From assembly GCF_001194135.2 (NCBI RefSeq), contig NC_068991.1:65739697-65803696 (forward strand): DNA of 64,000 nucleotides. Reading direction: 5' to 3'. The position numbers and the translations under genes are program-made. The notes under the pieces were generated by a model, which ran no database searches, was not told the origin of the DNA, and saw only the letters and a list, made by a program, of their open reading frames with translations. The DNA comes from Octopus bimaculoides (taxonomy: Eukaryota). Below are positions 63,186 through 64,000 of this stretch, piece after piece; position 1 is the first letter of the stretch; every line of letters begins with the position of its first letter.

Positions 63186-64000
63186 ATGTTTGCGTGTGCG
63201 TCCTTATTTTGACATTGCACAATAGTTGTAAACGAATAAGACTGTCATGCAGTACATGGTATTTGGTACCAGTCAGATACTGGATCAATTTAATCAAATA
63301 AAGGTATAGCTGGTCAAAATACTTGACAGGTGCATTATTTTATTGACCTTGAAGGATGAAAGGTAAAGCTGACTGCAGCAGGATCTGAATTGGAGATAAA
63401 TTTCAGATCGTTAAACCAGTAAATCAAATATCTTGTAAGTTAAGTCCCTTCCATCTTTAACACATCTAGGTTCTCTCCCTTACTTCGTTTGTGTCACTAA
63501 GGTCGACCATCACTAATCTGGTAAGGTTGGGATCCGGTAGGCGTTTTAGTGGCGGATTTTTTGAGCGTGTGAAGGAGCAAAAATTGTAATTGTACTGTAT
63601 TAATGAGGCGTGGATGGAGTACCGCATTAAAGAGTTTAGTCTAGCAAATTTGACCCCAGCGCTTACTTGGTCTATTAGCCTCTTTTACCAAACCACTAAG
63701 TCATAGGGACATAAGCCAATACTATGTGAGTGGTTGATGAGATGCAAACCTAAAGATATATACATATATATATATATATGTATATATATATGTATATATA
63801 TTTGTTTTGCAAGATTTTTGATGTGAAATCGTGTGTTGAAACAGATGTTGTACTTGGGGATGGTCATAAATAAGATTAAGACTAATGTAATATAAAGCTG
63901 AAGCAAATTATCACCAAATATACAGTGCGTGTGTTTTTATTGGCTAAACTGGCAATATGACCATCCCCAAGTACAACAATATATATATATGTATATGTAT

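Noticed and set aside
62665-63297. 210-aa minus-strand ORF
   Set aside because: Antisense read-through of an RTE-tailed repeat and a purine-rich tract; no recognisable domain.

Overview
AT-rich, gap-containing eukaryotic genomic DNA. The SINE/LINE repertoire and microsatellite load point to a coleoid cephalopod, most likely Octopus (inference). No prokaryotic features, rRNA, true tRNA genes or CRISPR arrays were seen. Two divergent genes are supported. (1) A + strand DPY30 orthologue: candidate first exon MAE at 52583-52592, clear exons 59515-59660 and 61549-61615, polyA signal 61695; one N-terminal exon is probably hidden in a gap. (2) A - strand gene whose 16-nt first coding exon (ATG TCT GAA ACT TAT G|gtgagt, 40338-40323) reads MSETY(D), the Rab4 N-terminus. 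No later Rab4 exon was found, so 1-40322 is probably one intron of more than 40 kb. The rest is tRNA-derived SINEs, RTE LINE fragments and RTE-tailed elements, Penelope-like remnants, several MITEs, a deleted maT/DD37D-like mariner and a solo LTR. The most striking item is a 431-bp insertion (20708-21138) with a 14-bp TSD, 76-bp terminal redundancy (about 1.2 copies of a 351-nt unit) and an intact type I hammerhead ribozyme capping a long rod-like hairpin. This is a candidate retrozyme / circular-RNA-derived insertion, sense to the putative Rab4 intron. A second, sequence-unrelated, decayed hammerhead rod of similar geometry lies at 45416-45561. Most ORFs in the supplied track are artefacts of N runs, microsatellites or antisense repeats. 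Repeat boundaries are approximate (about +/-10-20 bp) unless a TSD or TIR is quoted. All analysis was by eye.
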